Assembly: GCA_037379345.1 (NCBI GenBank)
Contig: CM074523.1
Location: forward strand, 18,048,551 to 18,112,550
Length of the DNA stretch: 64,000 nt
Direction: 5' to 3'
From: Perna viridis
Lineage: Eukaryota
Below, piece by piece: positions 1-12,822 of the stretch. Below the pieces are notes generated by a model. It made no database searches and was not told where the DNA came from. It saw only the letters and a list, made by a program, of their open reading frames with translations. Numbering within the stretch: position 1 is the first letter of the stretch; the number at the start of each line of letters is the position of its first letter. The position numbers and the translations under genes were made by a program.

Positions 1-23
1 GTGCCACACCCCAAAGAAAATGA

Positions 24-1290
24 TTTTTTGGTTCACCTGGTATAAGAAGCCATGTGAGGTTTTATCATTATAACTTGGCCTGTGTCGTGGTTGTTATTAT
101 TACTATAGATAAATAGGAAGAAAAACTATCACTATTATGTTGTATTTTTATATCATAAATATTTTAATGTAGGAAAAGAAAAGTTTGCATTTTAATCATA
201 AAATAATGGGACTATTTTTTGTTAAGTAAATGTTAAAATGGTAATGTTAAGCTTGTTTTCAGCTATAATCATAATTACAAAGCTTTGAGTGTTTTTTTTC
301 ATAAGCAAATAGTGATACAGATGACTGTGATAATCTTGCTATACAAATTTGTAATAAGTTTGACTTTGCTGCAATATTTAAATCCCCTGCTGTGATAAAT
401 TAACCTGTCATACTGCAAAATTTTAACCCCTTCAGTGATATATTTTAACCCCCTGCTGCAATATTTTAACCCCACTGGTGCAGTATTTTATTCCCTAGCT
501 ATGATAAATTAATCCCCTTGTTGCGATATTTTAACCCCCCCCTGCTGCAATATTTTAACCCCCCTGCTGTGATATTTTAACCTCCCTGCTGCAATATTTT
601 AATACCCTTCTGGGATAAATTAACACCCTGTTATGATATTTTAAGCTCCTCCTGTGATATATTAACCCAGTAATTCAAAATAGAAGATAGGGTTTTCACC
701 ATATATTTTTGTTTATATATCAAAAACCATAACAGATAAAATAATCTGTGACATACTAGGCTCTTTGGCTCAAAGAGATCTGTCTTCCCAGAAAATTTCA
801 AAATAACTGATTGACTGATTTTTGAGTTATTGCCCTTTGTTTTGCAGGTTTTGCCTATTATTTAGAAAACGAAAGCAAGTTGATGATAATTGTAAATTAA
901 TAAAATGTTCAGTAATTCAATATCTATTTTTGGCGCAAATTTCTTGACCCTTCTTGGACTTATGGTTATTGAAAGTATCATTGTTAAAAGTTTTTATCAA
1001 TTTTTGCCTATTATTTAGAAAATGAAGGCAGATTGTTGATTAATGTAAATTTAATAATATGTATGCAACACTATATAATATGCATTTTTAAATTTTTTTT
1101 GTACTTTTAGCATGTTATTCACTTAACATAAGTATAGTGATGATTAATGTTTAAATGTTCAGTATCATGACAAATATCATCTGTGCAACTTTGAACAAAG
1201 GTGTTTGACCATTTTAAGGTTTTGCATGTAGTCAACTTTTTTTAAGCTATTAAACCAGGTGAGCGATTGAGGCTCTTGAGAGCCTTTTGT
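24..1290 (+). mobile_element. Non-autonomous Helentron-associated (HINE-like) element with internal tandem repeats
   Basis: T-run then subterminal TCACCTGG (33-40), matched by CCAGGTGA (1255-1262). Short 3' hairpin AGGCTC-ttga-GAGCCT (1270-1285) followed by TTTGT. Internal ~155-bp duplicated unit (~845 and ~1000). Confidence 0.6.
365..670. repeat. ~23-bp minisatellite (tgctgcaatattttaaccccc), roughly 13 degenerate copies
   Basis: Direct periodicity visible. Confidence 0.85.
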
Positions 1291-1688
1291 TAATTTTTGG
1301 TACAATTTCAAACTTTTTGAAATTTCATATATCTCTGACAGTTTTTGAGTTATGAGGGGTAAAAAAGGCCACACCTTAAAAAAAATTAACTTTTTAATTT
1401 TTAGTCTGATTTTGAAAATTTTTAATTGGATTAAAAATTTGTGCAATACAGTGTCCAAACTATTTGTTGTGTCCATAATAAATTAAAAGTCCTTATGCTG
1501 AAGTGTGTCAAAAACTAATATTGTGTCTACACTTTCCCAAACTGTTCAGAGTTTTACCATTGCAGTCATATCATGTTGCGCTCAGTGAAGCTTTTTATTA
1601 TTTACTGATAATATGGTTTCTTGGGTTAGGAGCAGGGTATCCTGTACAGTGTTTCTAGTTTTCAATATAACTATCCTTCCCTGCACAT

Positions 1689-2823
1689 TTAAGTGCCAGT
1701 CTCTGTAAGAATCAGGCATTGACTGAAAAATAGTATGAAAAAAACATCATTTTGATACGGGTAGATTAATTTGCCTATTTGTACCATCAGAATCAAGAAA
1801 ACAGGCAAGATTTTCCATATCATGCTGGACTATTGAGTTACAATTTTATTGAAATTCACTGAAAATGAACATTTCAAGGGCAGATAACTTTGTCAAAAAC
1901 TTCTTTTTTCTAACATTCTATTGAAAGAGGAATCAAGGGAACCAAGGTTACAGCGGTAACAAAAGAATGTAATCCAGGGAAAAAGACCAGACATGGAAAA
2001 CAGACATACACAACAAAGAACATTAAGTAACTAAAATCATACATACAAAGTAATAAAAGCAAATGAGCAACTCGGATTCCACTAAAAAATGGGAGCGTGG
2101 ACCAGGTGCACCGGTAGGGTAAGTGTCCTCTACTTTTCTATAAACACCTGCCGAGGTGCTCATAAAAAGGAAAGTCAATGGTAGACAAACGAGGAAAGGA
2201 AAACTATGATTCGTTGAATAAATCAGTTTTCATGGTGCAGATGGATACACCAAAACGATCAATGAGCTCATGATGACGACCATAAAACTTCTTTAGTGAT
2301 GACTTCAATCTTGTAGCAACATAACCCTGTTCCAGAAGCCTATTTGTTAGAGTTCTAGTGTGATACAAAAAGTCTGTGTGGTTTCGGCAAGCTCTGGCAT
2401 AACATATGAGTTGTGATATGAACATTCCATAAGCAGGTGCTGAAGGGATGTTGCCACAGATGAAAGGAAAGTTAACAATTCTGAAAATTGTCACGTTTGT
2501 TGTAAAGTTTGGTCAATATTTTTCCTTTACCATCGATTTCTGATTGTAGGTCAAGATATAAGGTTGACTTCACAGTGTCTGTAGTATCCTTTATCTCAAG
2601 TTCTTTAGGGCTGATACGATGTATCAAATCCCTGAAATTAGGATTGTTTAAAGATAATACGTCATCTATAATTTTGAGGAAATCCAGTTACACAGATATC
2701 AAATAATGGTCTTTTCAAATAGAGAAAGTATCCTTGAGTGATTGTCAGATCAGTGGGGTTTTGACATGCATGTTTCTCAGATTTTACCCATTTTGCCTGA
2801 TTCTTACAAACACTTACACTTAA
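1689..2823 (+). mobile_element. TTAA-flanked MITE interrupted by a Penelope-like insertion
   Basis: Ends TAAGTG..GTAAGAATCAGGCA and TGCCTGATTCTTAC..CACTTAA. Both halves (1689-1925, 2673-2823) align by eye to the uninterrupted copy at 62845-63242 on the minus strand. Confidence 0.7.
1922..2672 (-). mobile_element. Penelope-like retroelement (Naiad-type, RT at C-terminus), 5'-truncated and frameshifted RT fragment plus 3' UTR
   Basis: Translates to IIDDVLSLNN..ELEIKDTTD..YLDL..LTKLYNKRDNF, then a frameshift into IVNFPFICGNIPSAPAYGMFISQL..YARAC..LKKFYGRHHEL*. No endonuclease follows the RT. Confidence 0.85.
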
Positions 2824-3184
2824 GAATGATTGCTGCTCTTTGAAGAATAACTTAATGACTAACAGTTTATATACAAATGTCACTATATACTTTCAATGTC
2901 AATATTTGTAATGCTCTATACTACAAACACTCCTCTTAAAAAGAATCTGGTCTTGTTTAATATAGGGCAATATCCAGCAGTGCATTGTAGTACTGGTCTA
3001 ATTTTTCACTTTAATCTTTCAAATCTTGTATGGAGCTTCATTGTTGACTTGACTAAACAGGTCAAAACTAGTATTTACTCAAATAAATAGTGGTTTAAAT
3101 CAAGGACTACCTGGTCATACTTTCATGATTAAAAAAAAAATTATTATTTATAAAAAATGTCATAGCTGTAAGATACTTGTTCAG

Positions 3185-3440
3185 AAGCTAGGTCATGGGA
3201 TAAGATTTTAACGACTGGTTGGTTCAGAGTCCAAATAATATAATTACATAGGATGGCTTGTCCACCTGCAGACTGTTGCTTCTGTGAGCTGAGCACTATC
3301 AAGATCCAATTCAGTGTGTCAGCTTGTACAAAGCAGGGTCTGTTCAATTAGTCATTCGTTCTCATGACGATATGTGTATATGTTATTATGTATCTGCCAT
3401 AAGACATTAAAACATTACAATCAATCAATCAATCAATCAA
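3185..3440 (+). mobile_element. 5'-truncated V-domain-type SINE with (CAAT)n tail
   Basis: GACTGGTTGGTTCAGAGTC..GACTGTTGCTTCTGTGAGCTGAGCACTAT..ATCCAA resembles bivalve V-SINE bodies; ends in (caat)5. Confidence 0.55.
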
Positions 3441-3528
3441 TTTATTCACTTTAGAAAGCCATAAATTAATGTTTGCTTTTGTTAATGATTGTGTAAGCTT
3501 AACATAAATTTAATTAATTGACTGTGTT

Positions 3529-3752
3529 TTAAGGAGGTAGACCTAAGGTAAGGGACACAACTCTTACAAATTATTTAAACATTTGTATTCAGCATTTTAT
3601 ATCAATCTCATGTAAGCATCAAAGTAACTTGGATTGATTTCATTCTGTTTCAAGTGAAAGTTAGGTAGGCTTTGGTGAAATTGAATATAATACAAACATA
3701 TCACTGATTTCAAGAGTAATGTCCTTATCCTAGATCTGCTGTACCTCTTTAA
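3529..3752. mobile_element. ~220-bp TTAA-flanked MITE (GGAGGTAGACC.. family), copy 1
   Basis: TTAA-GGAGGTAGACCTAAGGTAAGGGACAC...GTACCTCT-TTAA. Homologous to copies at 31723, 41124 and 43428. Confidence 0.75.
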
Positions 3753-4571
3753 ACAATTACCTGTACATGTGTCTTAGTGATACCTGTAATACCTTTGCTG
3801 CTAATTTTACTTGCTTCAGTTTGCTTTTCATGTCAAGCCCATAATTAATTTTTGTTTTTAGAACTGCCAATATTTAATTATAGCATTTTTTTCAGTGTGT
3901 CATTTCTCTCTTAAGTAATGCACTGTATATTGAAGTTTAAATTTGATCAATGTTTGAATGTTTACCAAGTTGCTAAGTGTTTACATGTTTTTTTTTTGTG
4001 AAAAAAAAATTATCTTATAAAAATGGCATTTAGAATAATATATCTGCCATTTAGATGTGAAAATCAATTGTTATAGGTGTCATGCATTTAATGTATTAAA
4101 TAATTGTAAATACATGTATTGTAGTTGATGGCTTTCAATACTTGATGCCTGTGGGACTATTCAACATGATGCAATTTTGTTTCTTTTTTTCAATGAAACT
4201 TTCACAGATTATTTATCAAATACTGTATTTAATATGTGCACTTCTTATTTGAGAATTTGATCAGATATATTGATATTTGATTTTTTCAGGGGATGGGATG
4301 AGGGTGGTTGGGTTTCCATACCAACATATGGACTTATCTTTGATTAAAATTGGGTTCCCATTTCTAATCCACAATATTTCCCACACCGGGGGTGTTCTTA
4401 CTTAAAATTTTGACTTGGCACAGCAAAATGTGTTTGAAATGTCCAGGTTACCATGTTAGGTTACCATTTCTAACTGAATGTGAATACATAGGTAATGTCA
4501 ATTTTGCAACCATAAAACAAAATAAATTTTCTTTAGAATGTTAGTGAAATTCTTTTTTTTTTCGTTTCCAG

Positions 4572-5161
4572 AAAATTTATTTACACCAATATTCTCCAAC
4601 ACTCTCTACACTAAGAGGGTATTACCATACTCCAGAGGAGTCTTGAAAGGGATAGCTGCCTTTGACCAAGATCGGGCAGAATGCACATTCAGAAAGACTG
4701 CTGCTTGCCCATGTTCAAAAGTTGTTTACGGAATCATAAAGGGAGAGCACTCTGAAAGATTTCAGATTAATCCTGGTACTGGAGAGTTAGCCTATGCAGC
4801 TGATGACATTGGTTATGAGACGGAGTTCAAAGCTACGATCGTTGCAAGGAATATTGATGAATTTGGTAATCTAAACAGATCTAGCAGGTACACAGGATAT
4901 GCTAATGTTAGAATTATTGTTACCTCAGACGTTGAAGAAAGTGAAACGTTATTAAGAGAAATTTTGCCGTACCCAAATATTTACATTTGGCAACAGCAAG
5001 AGGCAGATGATGAAGAAGAGATTGATCATGTTGGTGTGGGAATTGAAGACAACATTAATAAGATGGGAGAAAAGAAAAGCAGTCTGTCATCCCCTGAAGA
5101 TTGGCTTAAATTAAAGGAAGGACCCATGGATCATGAAAAGCATCATTCAAGAGTGAAAAGG
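4572..5161 (+). CDS. Large secreted-type repeat protein, first visible exon: cadherin-like module, acidic linker, RVKR
   Basis: ttccag acceptor and gtatgt donor. TPIFSNTLY..AFDQD..VVYGII.G..ERFQINPGTGEL..ATIVARN is cadherin-like. Starts in phase 1, so an upstream exon is required. Confidence 0.85.
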
Positions 5162-6261
5162 GTATGTCTCCTCACAGAGATATTGATTATGTGATTATCT
5201 TGTCATTTGCTGAGCAATTATTCGATTTGCTAAGCGGCTATTTGACTAGACCAAATATTTCATGAATATTTGGTTGCCTACAACCATGAAAACCCTTTTA
5301 TGAAAACAAAAAGTTAATTTTTAATGATAATAAAATTTCAAGTACAGGAGCAAAGAAAATTGGGATTATGTAATTACTGGGACACCCTTATTTGAGGGGC
5401 CTCTAGATATACATACTCTATCATATTTTATCTCTATATTGAAGTAGATACAAGAAATTTGGGACTAGTTTGTATGAGAAAAACTAATCCTAGGTACAAA
5501 TCTCTACTTGGAACATTAACACACCAATATGGGGAAATTGCTCATGAATAACTACCATTCTCCAACAGCATACTACTGTATGACATAGCAGCTACAAAGG
5601 AGACAACTCTATCCTTTAATATAAAGTCGGACTAACACTTTATTGGCTAATTACTTTCCAATATTAAGAAGAAGTATAACAAACACTACTGTTCATCTTA
5701 AAATTGATCGGTGCATTAAAATTTTAATGCTCTTGTCTCTTGAAGATCTAGTCATTCTATACTGTTGTCTTCCTATCAATCCACATGGCTATGGCTCACA
5801 TATTGTGTAAAACCTTTTTAACATTTTGAAGGATTTGATAATATTTGGACATAAAGTTTTTTTTCATGGCAGCTGCATGCATAGGAAGTTTTCTTAATTT
5901 TTTTTTTGTTTTCTAATTTTTGCATTTCAGAGTTATTAATACTGAAAAAAAGGCTGTATCATGTGCTTTTAAGAACAGCTGCTTACTTTAATCTGTTTAT
6001 TCCAAAACCTCTAAAATTGTAAAATTCAATTTTTTGCATCATGTTATTTCCCATTTGCTGAATCAGTCAGTTTGTGTGTAAATTTTGCATTCATGTATCT
6101 TAACTACAAGGATATATATTAGTGTTAGGATTATTTTTGTAGAAATTTTATGACTGTAAATGTTGCAAACATTGTGGCATTTAAAGTAGCAAGATTATTT
6201 TGGGTTTCCAAGTTGTGTCAGTTTAGTCAAATAATAAGTTCCAATGAAATTATTTTCACAG

Positions 6262-6525
6262 GCTGTTACTATCAATGACTTCTCAGTCTTACTGAATTTG
6301 AACGGCACAAGTGATGGAACAGTATCTCCAGCTGACCAGTTCCTGTACCAGGCAGTTATCACAGTTCCACCAGGAGTCTCTAATTTGCTGCTTGAGATTA
6401 ACACTACTGTAACTGCCTCAAGGGCTGTGTATAAGATTTTGTATACAACTGTTTCAGATATAGGGTCCAACATTATCGTCAATGCTTCTGATGTCGCAGA
6501 GATCTCAAGTTTTGCAAATAGTGAG
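6262..6525 (+). CDS. + gene exon 2 (repeat 1, N-half)
   Basis: cacag|AVTINDF..SSFANSE|gtact; phase 0/0. Confidence 0.85.
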
Positions 6526-7136
6526 GTACTGTTAACATAGTATTTTTCATAGTACATTAAGCAGGTGTGAATTATTTTTGTGGGTATAAAGACACTAAGA
6601 TACACCTAAGTTAGCACTGTGTGAAAGCCACCTGTTGAATGGTATTTGCACAAATTTTTTAAGAATATTTACAAGAAAGGGGTTCTAACACATTCCGACA
6701 TCTGGAAAACTTCCCCCACCCGTTAGATCCTCCACCAAAATACAATTTTCACCATTTTTGCTGCAGATAAACAAACATGACATCATGTTATTGTGACTTA
6801 ATTCTGACTATGAAAATTTATAAACAGTATCAACTTGTTTTGTTTTAAATCTGGATCATATTGTCTGAAGTTGTTTAAAAATTCTGTTAAAAAACCATTT
6901 TGGACATAACGGAAGATAAAAAAAAGGCATAATAAATTGTGATGGGAATTAAATGAAAATCAACAAAATGCAAGTTGAGAATAAACAAGTGTCCTTTTTT
7001 ACCTATAAAAGCTTAAAATAGTGCAAGAATCAAATTAAACTGCCTTTTTTAACTGGCCTGTTGTATTTTCTAAAGTGAGGCAAATCTCGATTCCTTCTTA
7101 ACATATATATATATGCATTTGTCACATTCTTTTCAG

Positions 7137-7430
7137 TTCGATTCAGTTGTTGTTGGCTTTGGCTTAGTAAACAATACTGGGGTTGACATGGCAACATATG
7201 GTCCAAGTCAGATTCTTGTCACTTTCACAGCTGTTGTTATCGACAATAGTGAAGTGGTGAATGGGAACCAGTATGACATCAATGCTACATTGATTCATGA
7301 TACTGGTACAAAATTGGCTGTTGAGACATTCACAGCAGGTGAAACAACCACTGTAGGTGAAACAACCACTGTAGCTGAAACAACCACTGTAGCTGAAGTA
7401 ACCACGGAAACAGCAACTACAGCTCCTCCT
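7137..7430 (+). CDS. + gene exon 3 (repeat 1, C-half, plus Thr-rich linker)
   Basis: ttcag|FDSVVVGFG..TTAPP|gtgagt; phase 0/0. Confidence 0.88.
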
Positions 7431-8465
7431 GTGAGTTAAACATATACTGAACAAGGATGTGATTCAATTTATTTTTTTCATATACCACCACTGTCTCTGT
7501 GGAGTGGGATAGAATGTAATAACCAGAATCTCTGTCCATGTTCCTATAGGTTTGTCATCATTATACTTTTATATTACCAAGTATTGTTTATATATTTGGC
7601 CTTTTAATGTTGCCAAGGGGTTAAAAATAAACACATATTTTCTTCAGTCTCCTTGACATATACACCATTCCTATTCTGGTTATATACATATTGGTGAAGA
7701 TGCAGAAATTAAATCGCATTGCAAAAAAATTAATTTCAATAAATTGTTTTGAGAAGGAAGTAGTAGAATAATATAATTGTTATTTGTTACTTATTTATAC
7801 CCTCCATTCTTCGAGAGGTACATATAGTAATTTTGTTGAATCCCATCATTTGTCCGGCCCTGCATCTGTCCACAGTATTTTTTCCCAACAGTTTTCTTTG
7901 CCATTTCTTATTTGAGCCACTTGGTATTTTGGCAGAAACTGTATTAAGACTATATTTCAGATTAAAGTGACATCAACTTCTTATTTGGATGAGTGGGTAT
8001 TCTTTAGTAAGCTTTGCTTGTAGTTTTATTTGTGTGTTTTTATGCCCTTGACTTTTTTCCCAATGCATTTGCATTTGTGTATAATATTTTTTTTTTGTAA
8101 AATGAAGCGCAATGTCAATGACCTTGAGATTAATTTTGACCTCTGTCACATTTGAAACTGTCATTTTTAATGTATTTTGCCTTCATTTAGGAATTTATCA
8201 GAAATGTTCCAGTGATTAGGATTAAAAGAGGCCCTGTGGTTTTTTTATCACATTTCTGCTGGAAATATCCCATTGAAATCATAAATTTTTAATTGAAGAT
8301 TATTAAAAAATGACCCATTCTCAAAATTTTAATCCCAATCACTGATGTTTTTACTTTAAACCTCTATAATCACACTTGAAATGCTAGCTATCACAGAAGT
8401 TCTTTGTAAAAATATATCTTGTTTATCATGTGTATGTTATTGTTTGTTTATTGTTGCTTTTCCAG

Positions 8466-8726
8466 ACCTTTACAGTTGACTTCTCCATTGTGGAGGTCAA
8501 TAAAAGAGAAAGCATCACTACGGTTACACCATCACAGGAAGTTAAGCTGGAGGCAGTCATCACAGTGCCTCTGGGACTGTCAAACATTACACTGACCTTG
8601 ACCTCTGGCTTAGATGGTACAGCCATTTACCACTTTTGTACTTTAGGTGATGTAAGCTATGGAGAAAATCTGGTGCCCAGTGGACCATTTATTACAGAGA
8701 AAGTTTCTACATTCGAAAACTTTGAG
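8466..8726 (+). CDS. + gene exon 4 (repeat 2, N-half)
   Basis: tccag|TFTVDF..AVITVPLGLSN..FENFE|gtagat; paralogous to exon 2. Confidence 0.85.
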
Positions 8727-9399
8727 GTAGATTTTAGAAATAAGACACATTACTTTTATTTACCATTTATACCCACAAAACAAAATATTGGAGCAGGGTT
8801 TACATAGGAATCAATGAATCTGTTTGTCTTTCTATCTATTAGTCCATTTTTCTAGCACAATTCTTCCATGAAGTTTGATTGAACATTTTAAATACAAGGT
8901 GCTTGCAAAGAGAGATAATCCAATTAAAAAGGTTTTTCATGTTCAAAGTCAAATCCTTATTGCTAATTATCAACTTCTCAAGCATTTTTCTTCCTGAACT
9001 GAATCATGTTGTGAATTTATATTTCTCAGTTGTTAAGGTATGCCAGGACTTGTAGCCAAAATTCAGACTTTGTTACGCCTCCATTGCCCGAGAGATGGGC
9101 TTTTGGACCACACTTTGCCTGAGAGATGGGCCTTTGGACCACACTTTGCCTGAGAGATGGGCCTTTGGACCACACTTTGAATTGTTAGTGTCATATATAA
9201 TACACTACCTTTGATAAAATGTCTGGCATGAGCTGTCAAAATTCCCAGACCCTTGGTCTAGTTAGAGTACCAAATGTAGATGTGGAGACAAATTTAAATT
9301 TTTAATGATAGTGAGGGGAGATAATCAAACAAGCTTAAGAGCAGGGAAATTTTTTTGCTTGTTTATAGTATTTTTTACATTTTATTTTTATATCTCTAG

Positions 9400-9621
9400 A
9401 TTGACAAGGGTATCATTTACCTTGGTGAGATATCTAATGTTGGTACAGACGTCCTGACATCATATGAGCCAAGCCAGATTAGGGTCAACTTCACTGCCAT
9501 AGTTTTAAATAACATTAACCTTGGGAATGGCGACAGTTGTGGTCTGACAGCTTCAGTGGATCAGGGAGGGACGGAGACAAACTCCTCCTCTTGGTCTCTA
9601 CCTGTAGACCTGCAGTCTTTG
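9400..9621 (+). CDS. + gene exon 5 (repeat 2, C-half)
   Basis: ctctag|IDKGIIYLGEISNVG..PSQIRVNFTAIV..DLQSL|gtaaag; paralogous to exon 3; not in ORF track. Confidence 0.85.
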
Positions 9622-10297
9622 GTAAAGTAATACTTTTAACATACTAATTTTGGCAGTATACTAATTTTTGTTATTTTGGCAGTGGACAGAAAACTGCGAA
9701 GAATTTTACATTTTGAAATTGATTTTTAACACTGTATAACACTAATCATTTTTTAGAAACCATGAAAATTAATACCTGCGAATATGTTCACTTGGCAGAA
9801 TCCATGAAAATTAGCAGCCACAAAAATTAATATGCTTATAGTATTGAGGTAAAAAAAAAATCCGCACTTATATTTCATATATATGTGTTACGATATTGAA
9901 AAAAAAAAAAAAAAACACATAAATTGTGATATTTAGCTTACTCTTTAGTACTCATGAGGAAGAAAAGAGAAAAGAAGGGTAACCACAAAATTACCAAACA
10001 ATAATTTGATCCATAATAAAGTCCAAAATAAATCTTAAAAAATAGATATTAGAAGTTTTGCAACACATTTTCTGGCATTCAATGTTGAATTTTGTGATTG
10101 TTGGTAAAATTAAAATTCTTGCTTGGAGAATGAATTTAACAATAATTTTACTTGTTAAAATGACGTGCAGGATTTATTGCAAAAAAAAAAATGAAAATGT
10201 ACTGGACAACCTTGCCTATTGTCAACATTAAAATAAGATAAACCTGGCATATTTATGTTAAAAAATACTGAAATAAGATAGTATCTTTTTTCCACAG

Positions 10298-10475
10298 GAT
10301 TCTGGTACAGCCCCAGGTATTCAGATCAGTGGTCCAGTCAGTCTGGCCCCAGGACAAGTAGCTGTTTGGGCTATAACCATTGTCCTTTATGATGGGTCCA
10401 ATCCTCTAGCCCTGGATCTGTATGGCTCGGGGTCAAACCCAGTTGAACTGTGTTCTTCTGGTTTCAGAGAAGCAG
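10298..10475 (+). CDS. + gene exon 6 (repeat 3)
   Basis: ccacag|DSGTAPGIQISGPVSLAPGQ..ELCSSGFREA-G|gtgagt; phase 0/1. Confidence 0.82.
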
Positions 10476-11311
10476 GTGAGTTATAATTAAAAGATAGTAG
10501 CAATGCGTGAGCATGTAGGGCTCTAGAATTAGAAAAAAATCCTTGGGTCACCTACAACTGGCAACATCAAAATTTTGAAATTTCTCAAAAATTACTGACT
10601 GAAGTAAATAAACTCCGTAATCCTGAACTGAGGGTGTTTTGCCAAGATTGGCGACTTCAATAATAGGACTGTAGATAGGCGATTAAAAAATATGCAGCAT
10701 TTGTTATGTTGCTATGCCTTGTTTACATTACAAGATGACGGCCATTTTTTTCCGGAAGTCACAAGCAGAAAACCTAAATTACGTCACAATAGTACTCTAG
10801 ATGGTGTTTTTCATACAAAGGGGAGCTACTCCTGCAAACAGATGCTTATCAGCTGATTTTGACAGCGAATAATCTTAAATCATTTTTAGTTACTTCAGGC
10901 CTTTTATCAACAGCTTATTTACTAGATTAAGCTTCTTTTTAGATTGATTGATTGATTGTTGGGGTTTAACGCCAGAGCAGCAGTATTTTATCTATATTCA
11001 GGCGAGAAATGCAGATCAAAACACAATGGAATTTTATTCCAAGGGTTAGAGCCTATATGTTTATAACAATAAGTAAAAAGAGTTTTTCAGCTATCAATGC
11101 TACAATGGGAAATAATCCAACTTCTACTCTCCCCTGATGAAGATTTCAAGCCTTTAGTAAGTTTTTTTTGTAGCTTTGATTAATACTGTTTTATTTAATG
11201 ACAAATCAGTTCAAAAAAAAAAAAATAAAGCGTAATTTTTTTCCCTACATCATGTTCTTATTTCCCATAACAAAAGGTAAAAGATTGACAGTTTTATCAT
11301 ATTTTTGACAG

Positions 11312-11413
11312 GTTCAAACTTCAGATGTTATGATGGGAACCGAATCAAGGTTGACCCAAGTGTTTCTGGACCAACTGGATTTGTTTACACATTTGGAGAA
11401 CTTCTCAATTCAG
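11312..11413 (+). CDS. + gene exon 7 (repeat 3)
   Basis: gacag|(G)SNFRCYDG..YTFGELLNS|gtataa; phase 1/1. Confidence 0.8.
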
Positions 11414-12175
11414 GTATAAAACATTTTATAGGAAAACAAAGATATGTTGGAATTAATCCTGACTGAAAAAAATCTTTCGTTCATTTTCATTTCAGAACAT
11501 TTCAACCTATGTATCCCATCTAAGCACATTCAAGTAAGTTACCTTCCTCATGATGAAGATGGTTCAACTCAACCAAAAGAAAATTGTACTGCAAATCTCT
11601 TAATCATTTTTGAATATTTATATATAGAAGTTTTACATGGAATTTATTGAACTATCTTCTATGATTTAACATGTATTTTCATTGTGATAAATAATTTTAG
11701 TAGAAAAAATGGCAATATCTTACATTAATTGACAGTTGTTTGTTTCACTTGACAGTTGTTTGTTTAAGACTTTGTTGATATATGACAATACACATTTGTG
11801 CATTTGGCAAACTGGATGTAAATTACAGGTGGTCATTCACCTTAGATTGCCTTTTAGGACATGTAGGACCAGCACCTACATGTATATTTTTTACTATAAG
11901 TGGCAATTAATACTATATGTAATAATGGTACAGATTCATATGTTACTATACTGGTGGACCAATGTAGCATTTTGCTGAATAATGCCTTTTTTCTATTTGA
12001 CCATGTTTTCCTCAATATGAATTTTAAGATTTGTCTCCAGGTGGCTTGATTATAAAAACCAAGAAGATTTTTAGAGTACCCTTCAAATACATGTACATGT
12101 ACAATTCTATTCTTTTAAATTAACATTTATTTTTTATCTTTAAATACATATATTAACATGCATTTTTTTTTATAG

Positions 12176-12363
12176 ATTTTCTGCATGGCCTGGTAACAGA
12201 TGCTGTAAACAACTCAGTTGTAGTAGAAGTGATGGGGAGCATCCCGTACTCAGCATCTCTCGGCTCTGACTATACATTTGATGTAGATACTTATCTCAAT
12301 GGTGTAATCAGTACAGTTACCTCCCATACCATAAATATTGTATCTGGTGCATACACGTCTACT
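12176..12363 (+). CDS. + gene exon 8 (repeat 3 end)
   Basis: tatag|(D)FLHGLVTDAVNNSVVVEV..SGAYTST|gtaagt; phase 1/0. Confidence 0.82.
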
Positions 12364-12399
12364 GTAAGTGTTACCAGTACAGTTAGCTCCAATACCATA

Positions 12400-12822
12400 T
12401 GTTTGTTTGTTTGTTTGTTGGGGTTTAACATCTGAGCAGCAATATTTCAGCTATATTCAGACGATGAACATGAAATTGATGATAAAATGAACATGAAATG
12501 ATGAAATGAAAAAGGATGGGACACAAGGACAATGGGGTTGACAAATTTTGATTGCCACAGGAAATAGGGAGAGGTGGGTAGGGTCAGGCAATTTAGCCTC
12601 CTGTGGCGGAGCCCCATGGTTCCTACTCCGGGAGAATACCACAGTAGGGTTCTTTAACGTGCGAGGAACGTGGCATCTTTCCCAACACGGTGCACCATTA
12701 TGGTTTGCGGTCAGGTTTTCCATATTATAGCTTGACAACCCCAGCATTTAACATGCCAGGGGTACCCCATTCAACCACCTGGGGCACACATCCCAGCTGC
12801 TCCGTGGGCAGAGCGCCCTAGC
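12400..12822 (-). mobile_element. 5'-truncated SINE with Deu/Nin-like core and (CAAA)n tail
   Basis: Minus strand reads GCACGTTAAAGAACCC..GGAGTAGG..GGCTAAATTGCC, then ATAGCTGAAATATTGCTG..GTTAAACCCCAACAAACAAAC. Flanked by a near-identical 11-bp duplication (12389-12399 and 12823-12833). A related tail lies at ~10941-11006. Confidence 0.65.

Noticed and set aside
365-670. Telomere-like TAACCC tract
   Set aside because: The motif is only part of a ~23-bp unit inside a Helentron-type element and is not a (TTAGGG)n array.
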